Below, in pieces: positions 10,316 to 19,339 of a stretch of DNA of 64,000 nt; the stretch's first letter is position 1; each line of letters starts with the position of its first letter. The stretch covers positions 694,359-758,358 of the forward strand of contig OZ246400.1 in NCBI GenBank assembly GCA_965230935.1. The letters are read 5' to 3'. The notes beneath the pieces were generated by a model that was not told the origin of the DNA, ran no database searches, and saw only the letters and a program-made list of their open reading frames with translations. The translations under genes and the position numbers were made by a program. This DNA comes from an uncultured Gammaproteobacteria bacterium (GTDB taxonomy: Bacteria; Patescibacteriota; Patescibacteriia; Magasanikbacterales; JBBTQS01).

Positions 10316-11494
10316 TTACTCCTTGCCCCTCACTGAGTAGGTGGTCATTTTTTGGGGCGGGCACTTCTCCGGCGTGCGGATCGGATCTTTCACCCCAGGG
10401 CAGATCTGCTCGATCGGTGCGCCTTGGCGTTTGAGCTGGATGAGCATACTGCGAAGTTCCTCAGGAGTAGTATCCTGCTCGGTCTTGATGAGCTGGCTTC
10501 GGTCCTTGGCACCAAGTTGGCGTGCCATTTCCTCGTCGCGCTGTGCATCGTTGTCGAGCTCCGCCAGCTTGTACAACATTGCCTCTTGCTCTTCGCGACA
10601 CGCTTGCTCTTGCGCTGCCTCACTCAGCTCACCCTCTTGAGCTTGCTCATCGGTCTCCTCAACCGGATCGCAAGTGAGGTCCTCGCTGAGCGTATCGGGA
10701 AGACCTTCTTTGCAGCCAGGAAAGAAGAGGGCGAACATGGCAAAACGCAAGCTGTACTCGTCAGCAGAGAGCGTGTTCAGTCTGCCAGCGACACGCCACA
10801 AAAACTCGCAGGTCTCTTTTTGCTGGGCATCTTCCCGCTTTCCGGAGGTGCCATTCTTCATGGCCGAGTAGACAGCTGACCAGCCGCCGACCATCTTGCT
10901 CGCCAGGATGTTGCGTGCGACCTCATCAATTACCGGGTCGAACTCGAGCGGGTTCTCTTTGTGCAATCGTTGCACCTCATCCTGGGTTTCTTTGCCGATT
11001 TGATGCGCCCAATCCGGGTAGTCCGGCAGCATGCACAGTGGGTGTGACCAGAGGTGAGTCACGATGCGCAAGTCATCCGGGACTCCTTGCGGATCGGTAC
11101 CTATGACCACGCGCATCAGTGCGATACACATGGGGTGGTCCAGGTCGATGCCGGTAGCTCCTGCCTGCTCCATGATTTCGTACAGGGCATACCAGGTGGC
11201 GTAGTCCTCGTTACGCAGCAGGTCGATAACCTCATGCGCAGCGCCGGGATCGTCCGGATCCCACTCCTTGGTGAGCGCCTCGCGCACGTGTTGCATGCGC
11301 TCGAGTTTGCTCATCATGGAAAGCGGCTTAGTTAGGTTCGAGCCGGCGTACACCACCAGCTGACTCTGGTAATAGGAGCGCACCGCGCTTCCCACACCGA
11401 GAGCAACCAGTAGTGCGATGATGACGATGGGCACTCTGCGCACCCACCGATGACGTTGCAAGAACGTCAAGTTTTTGGGTTTGCGAACGCTCAT
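10316..11494 (-). CDS. hypothetical membrane-anchored protein, GC-rich, paralog of previous (cassette C)
   Basis: 392 aa, N-terminal TM, same motif set as B. AGGAG RBS. Minus-strand 3' flank CCAAACAAACCAACAACG plus hairpin 10262-10289. Confidence 0.6.
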   Translation of the reverse strand: MSVRKPKNLTFLQRHRWVRRVPIVIIALLVALGVGSAVRSYYQSQLVVYAGSNLTKPLSMMSKLERMQHVREALTKEWDPDDPGAAHEVIDLLRNEDYATWYALYEIMEQAGATGIDLDHPMCIALMRVVIGTDPQGVPDDLRIVTHLWSHPLCMLPDYPDWAHQIGKETQDEVQRLHKENPLEFDPVIDEVARNILASKMVGGWSAVYSAMKNGTSGKREDAQQKETCEFLWRVAGRLNTLSADEYSLRFAMFALFFPGCKEGLPDTLSEDLTCDPVEETDEQAQEGELSEAAQEQACREEQEAMLYKLAELDNDAQRDEEMARQLGAKDRSQLIKTEQDTTPEELRSMLIQLKRQGAPIEQICPGVKDPIRTPEKCPPQKMTTYSVRGKE

Positions 11495-11652
11495 GTCACT
11501 CCTTCTCTCTCACGCGGTCGGGGTAATCGGGTGGTCGTAGCGGGGTATCAACAATAATATCCCAGACCAGATAGTATTTGGCGCGCCAAACAGTACCGAT
11601 CTGTAATATGACGTAACGTACGACCATACCCAGTTTAAACACACTTGTCAAG

Positions 11653-13068
11653 TTGACATCACTAGTCTTGAGTCTCTTGATCATTTATAGTATACCTACT
11701 ACGCAAACAGCGCAGCACATGAAACGATTTACGTATAAAGCAATTTTAGAGTTTTTAAAGCTTCTGGTTCAGATTAAGCGATTTTTTGTAGTGATTGGGC
11801 GATATTTAGGTCAATGGCTTTCTCGATTTTTTGGTAAAAGCGCGCGGATTTTACTCTTTGGAGGATATAAGCGCTACGTTGGGGTTCGTCGAAAAATGTC
11901 GAGTTATTTAGGAAACACAGAGGATAAAGTATATGCGATTTCGTCCCATACGGTGTTTAGTAGCATATTGATTGGTGTATTGGTACTCACCTTAATTATG
12001 CCGCACACACGGTTTTGGGTGCCGTCTGCCTATGGTGCTGGGAATAATAGTGTGTTGCTCCAGGTCTTGGCACCTGGTGAAGAAGAAGCATCGTTTGCCC
12101 AAGATGTCATTATTACAGAAACTGCTCAAGCGGCCCCTACCGCTTCAGCGCAAGCAGACCCATTTGCGTTTGCTGTAAAGACGCAACCAGAGGCAGTAGG
12201 GACTGATAATGATCAAGACATTGATCAATTAGTTGGTGTTTGGGGAGACGGTGCAAACATTGCCGCACCTATGATTTTGCCAGGAGCTGAGGTAACACCA
12301 TCACGCCGCGCGATCACTACATACGTGGTTCAGCAAGGAGATAGTGTTGGTACTATTGCTGAGAAGTTTGGTGTGAGTGTGAATACTTTACTGTGGGAAA
12401 ACAATTTAAATGCACGATCTTATATTCGTCCCGGTGATGTGTTGGCGATTTTGCCGGTAAGTGGTGTTTCACATGTGGTCAAGCGTGGCGAGACACTCAG
12501 TAAGATTGCCAAGAAGTATTCAATTGATGCTACCAGTGAGCTGGTCGAGTTTAATCGTTTGGCAAATGCCAACGATATTGTGATTGGAGAAAAGATTGTG
12601 ATTCCAGGCGGGAAGAAGATTAAGACCGTACCGCGTGTGACCAGTCCAGTATATGCACCAAAGTCATATAGTAATATTGCTGCGCCACCACCAAGTCGTT
12701 ATGCAGCAGGTGAAGGAATGGTGTGGCCAACCAGTGGTCATGTAGTGACGCAATATTATCATGCACGCCATCAGGCACTGGATATTGATGGGCATTATGA
12801 TTCTCCACTCTACGCATCAGATTCAGGAGTGGTGACGATTTCTGGTTGGCGTAAAGGATATGGACTTGGTATTGATATTGATCATGGTAATGGAATTAAA
12901 ACTCGGTATGGTCATGCGAGTAAGTTGTTTGTTTCAGTGGGTGATCGCGTTACCAAGGGTGAAGTGATTGCGATGATGGGAACCACTGGGTATTCAACTG
13001 GTACACATTTGCATTTTGAGATTCATGTGAATGGGGTGAAGGTAAACCCATTCCGTTACGTGCGGTAA
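11653..13068 (+). CDS. LysM-domain M23 family metallopeptidase
   Basis: Two LysM repeats (GDSVGTIAEKFGVS, GETLSKIAKKYSI). C-terminal M23 signature HxxxD...HLHFE (HQALDIDG, GTHLHFEIHVNG). True start may be internal (M at 11721). Confidence 0.85.
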   Translation: MTSLVLSLLIIYSIPTTQTAQHMKRFTYKAILEFLKLLVQIKRFFVVIGRYLGQWLSRFFGKSARILLFGGYKRYVGVRRKMSSYLGNTEDKVYAISSHTVFSSILIGVLVLTLIMPHTRFWVPSAYGAGNNSVLLQVLAPGEEEASFAQDVIITETAQAAPTASAQADPFAFAVKTQPEAVGTDNDQDIDQLVGVWGDGANIAAPMILPGAEVTPSRRAITTYVVQQGDSVGTIAEKFGVSVNTLLWENNLNARSYIRPGDVLAILPVSGVSHVVKRGETLSKIAKKYSIDATSELVEFNRLANANDIVIGEKIVIPGGKKIKTVPRVTSPVYAPKSYSNIAAPPPSRYAAGEGMVWPTSGHVVTQYYHARHQALDIDGHYDSPLYASDSGVVTISGWRKGYGLGIDIDHGNGIKTRYGHASKLFVSVGDRVTKGEVIAMMGTTGYSTGTHLHFEIHVNGVKVNPFRYVR

Positions 13069-13069
13069 G

Positions 13070-14605
13070 TTATTTTGCGTTTCGATAATGAAGCGCTTCA
13101 AGGATATGTTCTTGAGTAATATTTGGTGATTGGACAAGATCAGCAATTGTCCGCGCCATTTTTTTGATTCGAAAATAACTGCGCGTTGAGAGGTGGAATT
13201 TTTTAGCGGCAGTAATGAGGATTCTTTCACTTGACGCGTTAAGTGCGCAATAATACTTGGTCATCGTTGAGTTCATCTCACTGTTGGTACTAATAGATTC
13301 GTGGGCAAATCGATCATGCTGAAGCGTACGTGCCATTTGAATACGGGTGCGAATTTGTGCGCTTGGTTCTTCCGGTTTGGTATTGCGTAGCGTGGTGATC
13401 GGCACCCGTGGCACCCACACGTGCATATCAATGCGATCAGCAAGTGGTCCGGATAATTTTTTTTGGTAACGAGTGATTTGTTGTGGAGAACAACTGCATG
13501 TAATGTCCGGGTCGTTGGCAAAACCACAAGGACATGGATTTTGGCTGGCTATTAACATGAACGATGCCGGAAATGTGGCTTGTGTTTGTGCGCGAGAAAT
13601 GGTGATCGCGCCATGTTCAAGTGGTAGACGAAGCGCCTCAAGGACATCACGTCTAAATTCAGGAAGTTCGTCCAAAAATAAAATGCCGTGGTGCGCTAAA
13701 CTAATTTCTCCTGGTGTAAGTTCACGACCACCACCAATACATGCACTCATTGAGCTGCTGTGGTGTGGCGCACGAAATGGCCGTCGGGTAATGTGTGGTG
13801 TTTGCTCATTGAGCAAACCAGCCAGTGCATAAATCCGTGTTACCGCTTTCATTTGCATGGAGGTAAGTTCAGGGAGGATAGTTGCACAAGCGCGTGCAAG
13901 CATGGTTTTGCCAGATCCAGGTGGGCCACTGAGTAAAACATTGTGCGCACCGGCAGCAGCAATCTCAAGCGCGCGTTTGCTGTTGTGCTGTCCAATGATT
14001 TGGGCAAAATCAGGTGAAGGTTTCGCGTATATTGTTTTGTTTCGAAAGAGTTTGATCGATTGTGCCGATATTGGGGTAAGTGTTTTTTTGCCAATGCAGT
14101 GGTCATAGAGTTGGGCGATATTAGTGACCGGATAGGTGGCACATTCTGGAATCAGGTGCGCATCAGCATGATTTGCCTTTGGAATATAGACATTTGTGAT
14201 ACCGAGCTTTTGAGCATCAAGTAGTATCGGGGTGAGGTTATTGCAATAGCGTACTGTTCCATCAAGTGCGAGCTCACCCAAAAACAAGTCGTGCCCAGTG
14301 ACGGTGAACGATTTTTTGTTGGTGGCGAGCAGTATCCCGATAGCAATGGCCAGATCATAGATTGACCCGATTTTTTTAATTCGCGCTGGGGCTAGATTTA
14401 CAGTAATGCGATAGGTGTACGGGAATTGGAGGCCCACATTATAAATTGCGGATTTAATCCGTTCTCGTGCTTCTTGCACAGCGGTATCAGGAAGGCCGAC
14501 AATAGTGAATCCAGGAAACCCTTTTCGCAGGTCAACTTCGACAGTAACTAAGTGGGTGCGCATGCCAATAACAGTGGCGCAAGTGGTGGTGGTAATCATA
14601 AGCAA
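13070..14605 (-). CDS. comM: YifB/ComM family Mg-chelatase-like AAA+ ATPase
   Basis: 511 aa. N-terminal Lon-like domain, Walker A GPPGSGKT, C-terminal ChlI-like region. Confidence 0.85.
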   Translation of the reverse strand: MLMITTTTCATVIGMRTHLVTVEVDLRKGFPGFTIVGLPDTAVQEARERIKSAIYNVGLQFPYTYRITVNLAPARIKKIGSIYDLAIAIGILLATNKKSFTVTGHDLFLGELALDGTVRYCNNLTPILLDAQKLGITNVYIPKANHADAHLIPECATYPVTNIAQLYDHCIGKKTLTPISAQSIKLFRNKTIYAKPSPDFAQIIGQHNSKRALEIAAAGAHNVLLSGPPGSGKTMLARACATILPELTSMQMKAVTRIYALAGLLNEQTPHITRRPFRAPHHSSSMSACIGGGRELTPGEISLAHHGILFLDELPEFRRDVLEALRLPLEHGAITISRAQTQATFPASFMLIASQNPCPCGFANDPDITCSCSPQQITRYQKKLSGPLADRIDMHVWVPRVPITTLRNTKPEEPSAQIRTRIQMARTLQHDRFAHESISTNSEMNSTMTKYYCALNASSERILITAAKKFHLSTRSYFRIKKMARTIADLVQSPNITQEHILEALHYRNAK

Positions 14606-14759
14606 GAGATAGCCTCGCCAGTGCTTGACAGCATATTGACAAGGAGATATATTACGTTAATATCTAGGTGAAACTGCGCAGGTTAGGCGCAGGGGTGTAT
14701 CTCTTGCTGATAAGCAGATATTATGCTATGATACGCCAACATAAGATATTTGTATACCT

Positions 14760-15221
14760 ATGGCAGATTACGAAATGCTTACGATTCTTCCCGGAACAAT
14801 GACCGAGGAAGAAGTAAGTCAAAAACAAAACACGATTACGACCATGCTTACTGAGCATGCGGCTCAAGAGGTGAATCCCAAAACTGTTGGGAAGCACCGC
14901 TTAGCATATCCAATTAAGCACGCGCGGTTTGGGTGGTTTAGTGAGATTCGATTTTCCGCAGATACAGATAAATTGGGTGAGTTAGAGAGCGCTATGAATC
15001 GTGACACTACCGTAATGCGTTTTGTTATCCGTAAGCGCACCTCTGATGCAGATCACCTGTACACCATGGGCGAGAAGCCACGGGCACACAAAGAAAAGAG
15101 CGCTGCCACAAGTGCAACGCACACTCCAAAGACAGTACAAAAGAGCGGACCGGTTAACATTGAAGATCTTGATAAAAAGTTGGACGACATTGTTAAAGGA
15201 GATCTTACTCAAAAATTGTAA
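14760..15221 (+). CDS. rpsF: 30S ribosomal protein S6
   Basis: N-terminal S6 fold sequence (YEMLTILPG...RLAYPIKH) with basic/acidic C-terminal extension. Operon context with ssb and rpsR. Confidence 0.8.
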   Translation: MADYEMLTILPGTMTEEEVSQKQNTITTMLTEHAAQEVNPKTVGKHRLAYPIKHARFGWFSEIRFSADTDKLGELESAMNRDTTVMRFVIRKRTSDADHLYTMGEKPRAHKEKSAATSATHTPKTVQKSGPVNIEDLDKKLDDIVKGDLTQKL

Positions 15222-15232
15222 ACAAAACGATT

Positions 15233-15697
15233 ATGGATTTAAACAAAGCAACAATCATTGGTCGTTTGACGCGTGATCCAGAAGTTCGCAGCACTCCGAG
15301 TGGCCAGTCAGTGGCCAACTTTGCGGTAGCGACTAATTATGTATGGAAAGACAGTTCAGGTCAAAAGCAAGATCGACCAGAATATCATGATGTGGTCGCC
15401 TGGGGAAAGTTGGCAGAAATTGTCAGTCAATATCTCACAAAAGGACGTCGAGTATATATTGAAGGACGATTGCAAACTCGCGATTGGACTGGGAATGATG
15501 GGGTACGTCGGTATAAAACAGAAATCATTGCAGAGAATATGATTATGTTGGATGGGCCACGAGGGTCAGGGCAAGCTCCTGCGGCGGGTGCTCCTACAAT
15601 GGGTACTTCAGGACCGGACTTCGGCGCGCCTCCAGCTGGACCAGCAGAGCCTGCCGTGACTGATGATGAGATCAAAGTAGAAGATATTCCATTCTAA
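15233..15697 (+). CDS. ssb: single-stranded DNA-binding protein
   Basis: OB-fold motifs ([24 protein letters not shown]), Gly/Pro-rich linker and C-terminal DIPF. Confidence 0.9.
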   Translation: MDLNKATIIGRLTRDPEVRSTPSGQSVANFAVATNYVWKDSSGQKQDRPEYHDVVAWGKLAEIVSQYLTKGRRVYIEGRLQTRDWTGNDGVRRYKTEIIAENMIMLDGPRGSGQAPAAGAPTMGTSGPDFGAPPAGPAEPAVTDDEIKVEDIPF

Positions 15698-15700
15698 AAT

Positions 15701-15931
15701 ATGGTAAAGAAACCAAAAGGCAAGAAACAGAAGAAAATGTGTTTTTACTGCGTAAATCAGCATGAAGTTGACTATACTGCAGTACACACCTTACGTCGCT
15801 TCCTTTCTTCGTATATGAAGATCGCACAACGACGACGTTCTGGGTTGTGCGCATTGCACCAGCGCAAAGTTGCTCGTGCAATCAAGCAAGCACGGCAGAT
15901 GTCTTTGCTTCCGTACGTGCCAAATCAGTAA
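15701..15931 (+). CDS. rpsR: 30S ribosomal protein S18
   Basis: 76 aa with CFYC...RRSGLCA..QR S18 signature. Confidence 0.9.
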   Translation: MVKKPKGKKQKKMCFYCVNQHEVDYTAVHTLRRFLSSYMKIAQRRRSGLCALHQRKVARAIKQARQMSLLPYVPNQ

Positions 15932-15946
15932 TTCTCTTGAGAACCT

Positions 15947-16516
15947 ATGGCTACTATTGAGTGTTTATACAAAAACGCGGTTGTTAAGTTTAGAGGTGAT
16001 CTATATGTTGTGGTTGAGTACCAGCATGTCAAACCAGGTAAAGGCGGTGCATTTGTAAAGACGAAGCTCAAGAGCATTAAGACTGGTGCTACAGTGGATC
16101 AGACGTTTCATGATGGAAATGATGTCGAAGCCGCAACAGTTGAGCGACGCAACCTTACATTTTTGTATGGGGATGATGATTTTGCCCACATGATGGATGC
16201 TGAGTCTTATGAGCAAATTCCAGTTGCCAAAGCCATGGTGGGCGACACGCTCAAGTTTATGACTGATGGGCAAAAGGTGATTGGAGTATTTCATGATGGA
16301 TCGGTGATCTCGATTGAACTTCCCAAACGCATGAAGCTCAAAGTAACCTCTGCACCTCCAGGAGCTAAAGGGGATACTGCGAGTGGTACAGCCACTAAAG
16401 AAGTGACGCTTGAGACAGGTGCAACAATACAAGCACCAGTGTTTATCAAAGAAGGAGAAACCATTGTCGTGAACACTGAAGATGGGACATACGCTGAACG
16501 GGCGAGTAAGGAGTAG
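15947..16516 (+). CDS. efp: elongation factor P
   Basis: KPGKGGAF signature loop. 189 aa. Confidence 0.9.
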   Translation: MATIECLYKNAVVKFRGDLYVVVEYQHVKPGKGGAFVKTKLKSIKTGATVDQTFHDGNDVEAATVERRNLTFLYGDDDFAHMMDAESYEQIPVAKAMVGDTLKFMTDGQKVIGVFHDGSVISIELPKRMKLKVTSAPPGAKGDTASGTATKEVTLETGATIQAPVFIKEGETIVVNTEDGTYAERASKE

Positions 16517-16530
16517 ATAGATTTATGTGA

Positions 16531-16567
16531 TAGCGTGAGCTTATGGCTCACGCTATTTTGTTTTTTA
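16531..16567 (+). terminator. rho-independent terminator of efp
   Basis: TAGCGTGAGC/GCTCACGCTA stem then T-run. Confidence 0.6.
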
Positions 16568-16585
16568 ATTTTTCCAAAAAGAAAA

Positions 16586-16745
16586 CGGCCCGACTGGTTA
16601 GCAGCAGTCTGGGCCGTCGTGTTGAGGTCACCCTGGGCGCGTCCTGGTAGGACAGGAACGTTCGAAGCGGGCGTCGAAACCGAGGGCCAAGAACAGGGAC
16701 TCGATCTGAGTTCCACCCCTCGTCCAGGGCAACCAGTCTGAACGG
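16586..16745 (+). ncRNA. candidate structured non-coding RNA (GC-rich multi-stem element, unknown class)
   Basis: Roughly 160 nt at about 62% GC inside AT-rich intergenic DNA, bounded by two terminators. Nested helices: GGCCCGACTG/CAGTC-T-GGGCC hairpin, long-range CCCTGGGCG(16631-39)/CGTCCAGGG(16721-29) with a G.U pair valid only on the plus strand, and internal hairpins TCCTG..CAGGA, GTTCGA..TCGAAAC, CGAGGG..CCCTCG. No convincing ORF. Confidence 0.35.
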
Positions 16746-16771
16746 TAGCATGATTGGCATGTATTGTCAAT

Positions 16772-16806
16772 ACAAAAAACGAGTGAGAAAGCTCGCTCGT
16801 TTTTTG
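16772..16806. terminator. bidirectional hairpin terminator (recA side)
   Basis: ACGAGTGAG..CTCGCTCGT stem flanked by A7 and T5. Confidence 0.5.
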
Positions 16807-16827
16807 TAAATCTAGTGTGACCCAGTA

Positions 16828-17907
16828 TTACGCAGTGGCCACTTCGTCCAACACGTCTGCAGTCTTCTTTTTACTTTTAGTGGGCTTAGTCTCGGTTTCT
16901 TCTTGCGCACCTTTTACCGCTTTAAGAATATCTTTGCGAATCATATCCATAAGTTTTGGATTCTCACGCAAGTACGTTTTTGCTTTTTCTCGTCCTACGC
17001 CAAGTTTTTCTTCTCCGTAACTGTAACTATTGCCCGCTTTGCTGATCACTTTATGGACGATGCCAGTATCGATCAAATCGCCAGCGATCGAGATTCCTTC
17101 ATTGTACATGATGTCAAACTCAGTGGTTCGAAATGGTGCCGCAACTTTGTTTTTCACTACTTTTACTTTTACGCGGTTTCCAATGATGCGCTCACCTTGC
17201 TTGATTTGTGCTCGGCGACGAATCTCGACTCGAACTGATGAATAAAACTTGAGTGCAGTCCCGCCAGTGGTTGTTTCTGGATTTCCGTAAAACACACCAA
17301 TCTTTATACGCGTTTGGTTGATGAAAACAACCACGGTTTTGGTCTTGTTTACAATTCCGGCCAGTTTGCGCAGTGCCTGACTCATAAGCCGTGCTTGCAG
17401 CCCAACATGACGATCTCCCATATCTCCTTCAATTTCAGCTTTTGGTACCAGCGCGGCTACTGAGTCGATCACCACCACATCAACAGCATTTGAACGAACC
17501 AGTGTTTCAAGAATCTCTAGCGCTTGTTCCCCGGTGTCAGGTTGTGAGATTAGCATTTCATCAACATTCACTCCAATCTTTCGTGCATAATCAGGATCGA
17601 GCGCATGTTCTGCGTCGACAAACGCTGCGGTTCCACCTGTCTTTTGTACTTCAGCAACAATATGTTGTGCTAAGGTTGTTTTCCCCGATGCCTCAGGGCC
17701 AAATATTTCAATAATTCTCCCGCGCGGAACTCCGCCAACGCCAAGTGCTAGGTCAAGAGACAAGCAGCCAGTGGATACGGCATCTACTTGTGCTGATTTT
17801 GATTCACCAAAGCGCATGATTGCCCCGTCACCAAAGCGCTCTTTGATCTGTGCAATTGCCACCTCGGCAGCCTTTTGTTTATCGCTCGTTTCAGTTGTTT
17901 TTGCCAT
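16828..17907 (-). CDS. recA: recombinase RecA
   Basis: GPEASGKTT Walker A, canonical RecA core, Lys-rich C-terminal tail. Confidence 0.95.
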   Translation of the reverse strand: MAKTTETSDKQKAAEVAIAQIKERFGDGAIMRFGESKSAQVDAVSTGCLSLDLALGVGGVPRGRIIEIFGPEASGKTTLAQHIVAEVQKTGGTAAFVDAEHALDPDYARKIGVNVDEMLISQPDTGEQALEILETLVRSNAVDVVVIDSVAALVPKAEIEGDMGDRHVGLQARLMSQALRKLAGIVNKTKTVVVFINQTRIKIGVFYGNPETTTGGTALKFYSSVRVEIRRRAQIKQGERIIGNRVKVKVVKNKVAAPFRTTEFDIMYNEGISIAGDLIDTGIVHKVISKAGNSYSYGEEKLGVGREKAKTYLRENPKLMDMIRKDILKAVKGAQEETETKPTKSKKKTADVLDEVATA

Positions 17908-18059
17908 AGTTTTGTTTCGTTATTTTTGAATGAAAAAAGAGGTGCAACCCCTCCCTTGGTTTTTGTATTGTACCGTGGGCACTAGCGCTATGCAAGTCTT
18001 GCGTATACTGACTACACGCGTTAGGATATTTGTAGAGGAAGTAAAATTAGGGGTGAAGA

Positions 18060-18581
18060 ATGGGCAAGCATAACCGGCCAAAAGGTAAGAAAAAAGTGGG
18101 GGGAAAGAAGCAGTGCAAAAAGCCGCCCAAAAAACGCTCCAGTCCAAAGCGAAAACCCTATCGGTTTGCCGTGCCAACTCCAAAAGAGGGTGTTCGGGAG
18201 ATCGTGATTCAGCTTTGGCATGGGGACGAGTTGCTTGATCAAGAACCTCTTGATCTTTCAAGTTTTTTAATGTTGTCACTGCAACTTTCAAGCATTTTCT
18301 ATCGGTTGGCGGGGGAACATGTCCCCGTTATCTTGCAAGATGCCGTGGTCTCCCAAGGGATTGCGGTGTTCCAGACAACCTTAGACGCATACGAAAAACA
18401 GCGATTTCCGGATGAGAAAACGCGTCCTGCGATGCCGCAGATGAAGCTTCCGGTGATCACTCCAAAGGGGTCGTGCGTCGTAGAGTATGATGGTACGGAT
18501 CGGGAACCGACGTGTCACATGTCCGATGGAACCTTCACCTTGGAAGAACTCAAGGCGCTGAAAAAAAAGAAGCGCAACTAA
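18060..18581 (+). CDS. hypothetical protein with highly basic N-terminus (cassette L)
   Basis: 173 aa, about 52% GC. Own promoter-like TTGCGT-17-TAGGAT. 3' flank CTCACACAACCACTCGACGAACACACC plus hairpin and T-run, same layout as the other GC-rich cassettes. Confidence 0.5.
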   Translation: MGKHNRPKGKKKVGGKKQCKKPPKKRSSPKRKPYRFAVPTPKEGVREIVIQLWHGDELLDQEPLDLSSFLMLSLQLSSIFYRLAGEHVPVILQDAVVSQGIAVFQTTLDAYEKQRFPDEKTRPAMPQMKLPVITPKGSCVVEYDGTDREPTCHMSDGTFTLEELKALKKKKRN

Positions 18582-18631
18582 CCATAACTCACACAACCAC
18601 TCGACGAACACACCAGTGCTCGTTGTTTGTT

Positions 18632-19330
18632 TTATGGTGATTTGATTAGTGACACTTTGTCACTTGCCGGCACGTCAATCGGCTCAAAGGTAATTGATCG
18701 GTCAATCTCGTTTTTTGGTCCAAATTTCTTTTTGGCGACCACTGCTACGTCGTTGTTCCCCACACGCAATGGTAATGCCTGTTCAAACATTCCAGTGTTA
18801 TTTGGCATGACTTCAATACCATTAATGTGTATGGTCGCGCCAACACTGGTTCTTCCACGAATGACGATCTGTGGTGCAGAGACTACTTGTCCTTCTTGTG
18901 GACTCATGATTGTTAGTTCTGGTGCGCGCATGAGCCCATAGATATGGGTGCCAAGGTATGTACCAATGACCGCGATGATAATCGCGAACACACTCACCCG
19001 TGCAAGTAGTGCCATGTTTATTTTTTTACTTACTCGCTCTTTCCATTGAGGTACCGGAGTGCGAGTTGGGCTTTGTTCTGGCATGTCATCAATCAAATCT
19101 CGTGGATCGACATGAAGCGCTGCGAGAATTTTTTTCAAAATCGCTTTGCGATATACTCCTTCAGGGAGTTTGTGATATTCGCACTGCTCCAATGCGCGCA
19201 AATGTCGCATGGGAATGTGTGTTTTTTCAGAGAGCGCAGTCATGGTCATTCCTGATTTTTTGCGTAAACTTTTTACCCGAACGCACAGTTCAGGTTCATG
19301 ACGCATGGTTTTTTTGCGCAATCGGGTCAT
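18632..19330 (-). CDS. HTH (XRE-like) domain membrane protein, RodZ-like
   Basis: N-terminal HTH (MTALSEKTHIPMRHLRALEQ), single TM segment, C-terminal extracytoplasmic domain. Immediately downstream of ftsK. Confidence 0.55.
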   Translation of the reverse strand: MTRLRKKTMRHEPELCVRVKSLRKKSGMTMTALSEKTHIPMRHLRALEQCEYHKLPEGVYRKAILKKILAALHVDPRDLIDDMPEQSPTRTPVPQWKERVSKKINMALLARVSVFAIIIAVIGTYLGTHIYGLMRAPELTIMSPQEGQVVSAPQIVIRGRTSVGATIHINGIEVMPNNTGMFEQALPLRVGNNDVAVVAKKKFGPKNEIDRSITFEPIDVPASDKVSLIKSP

Positions 19331-19339
19331 GCTGTATGG

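Noticed and set aside
16586-16745. SRP (4.5S) RNA, 6S RNA or common riboswitch classes for the GC-rich element
   Set aside because: Lacks the SRP domain IV AGCAG/GGAA motifs, is multi-stem rather than a single long bulged hairpin (6S), and shows no TPP CUGAGA, B12 box, GEMM or glmS core motifs.
16291-16770. 159 aa minus-strand ORF
   Set aside because: It is antisense to the well-supported efp gene and runs through the GC-rich non-coding element. Pro/Ser/Arg-rich wrong-frame composition.
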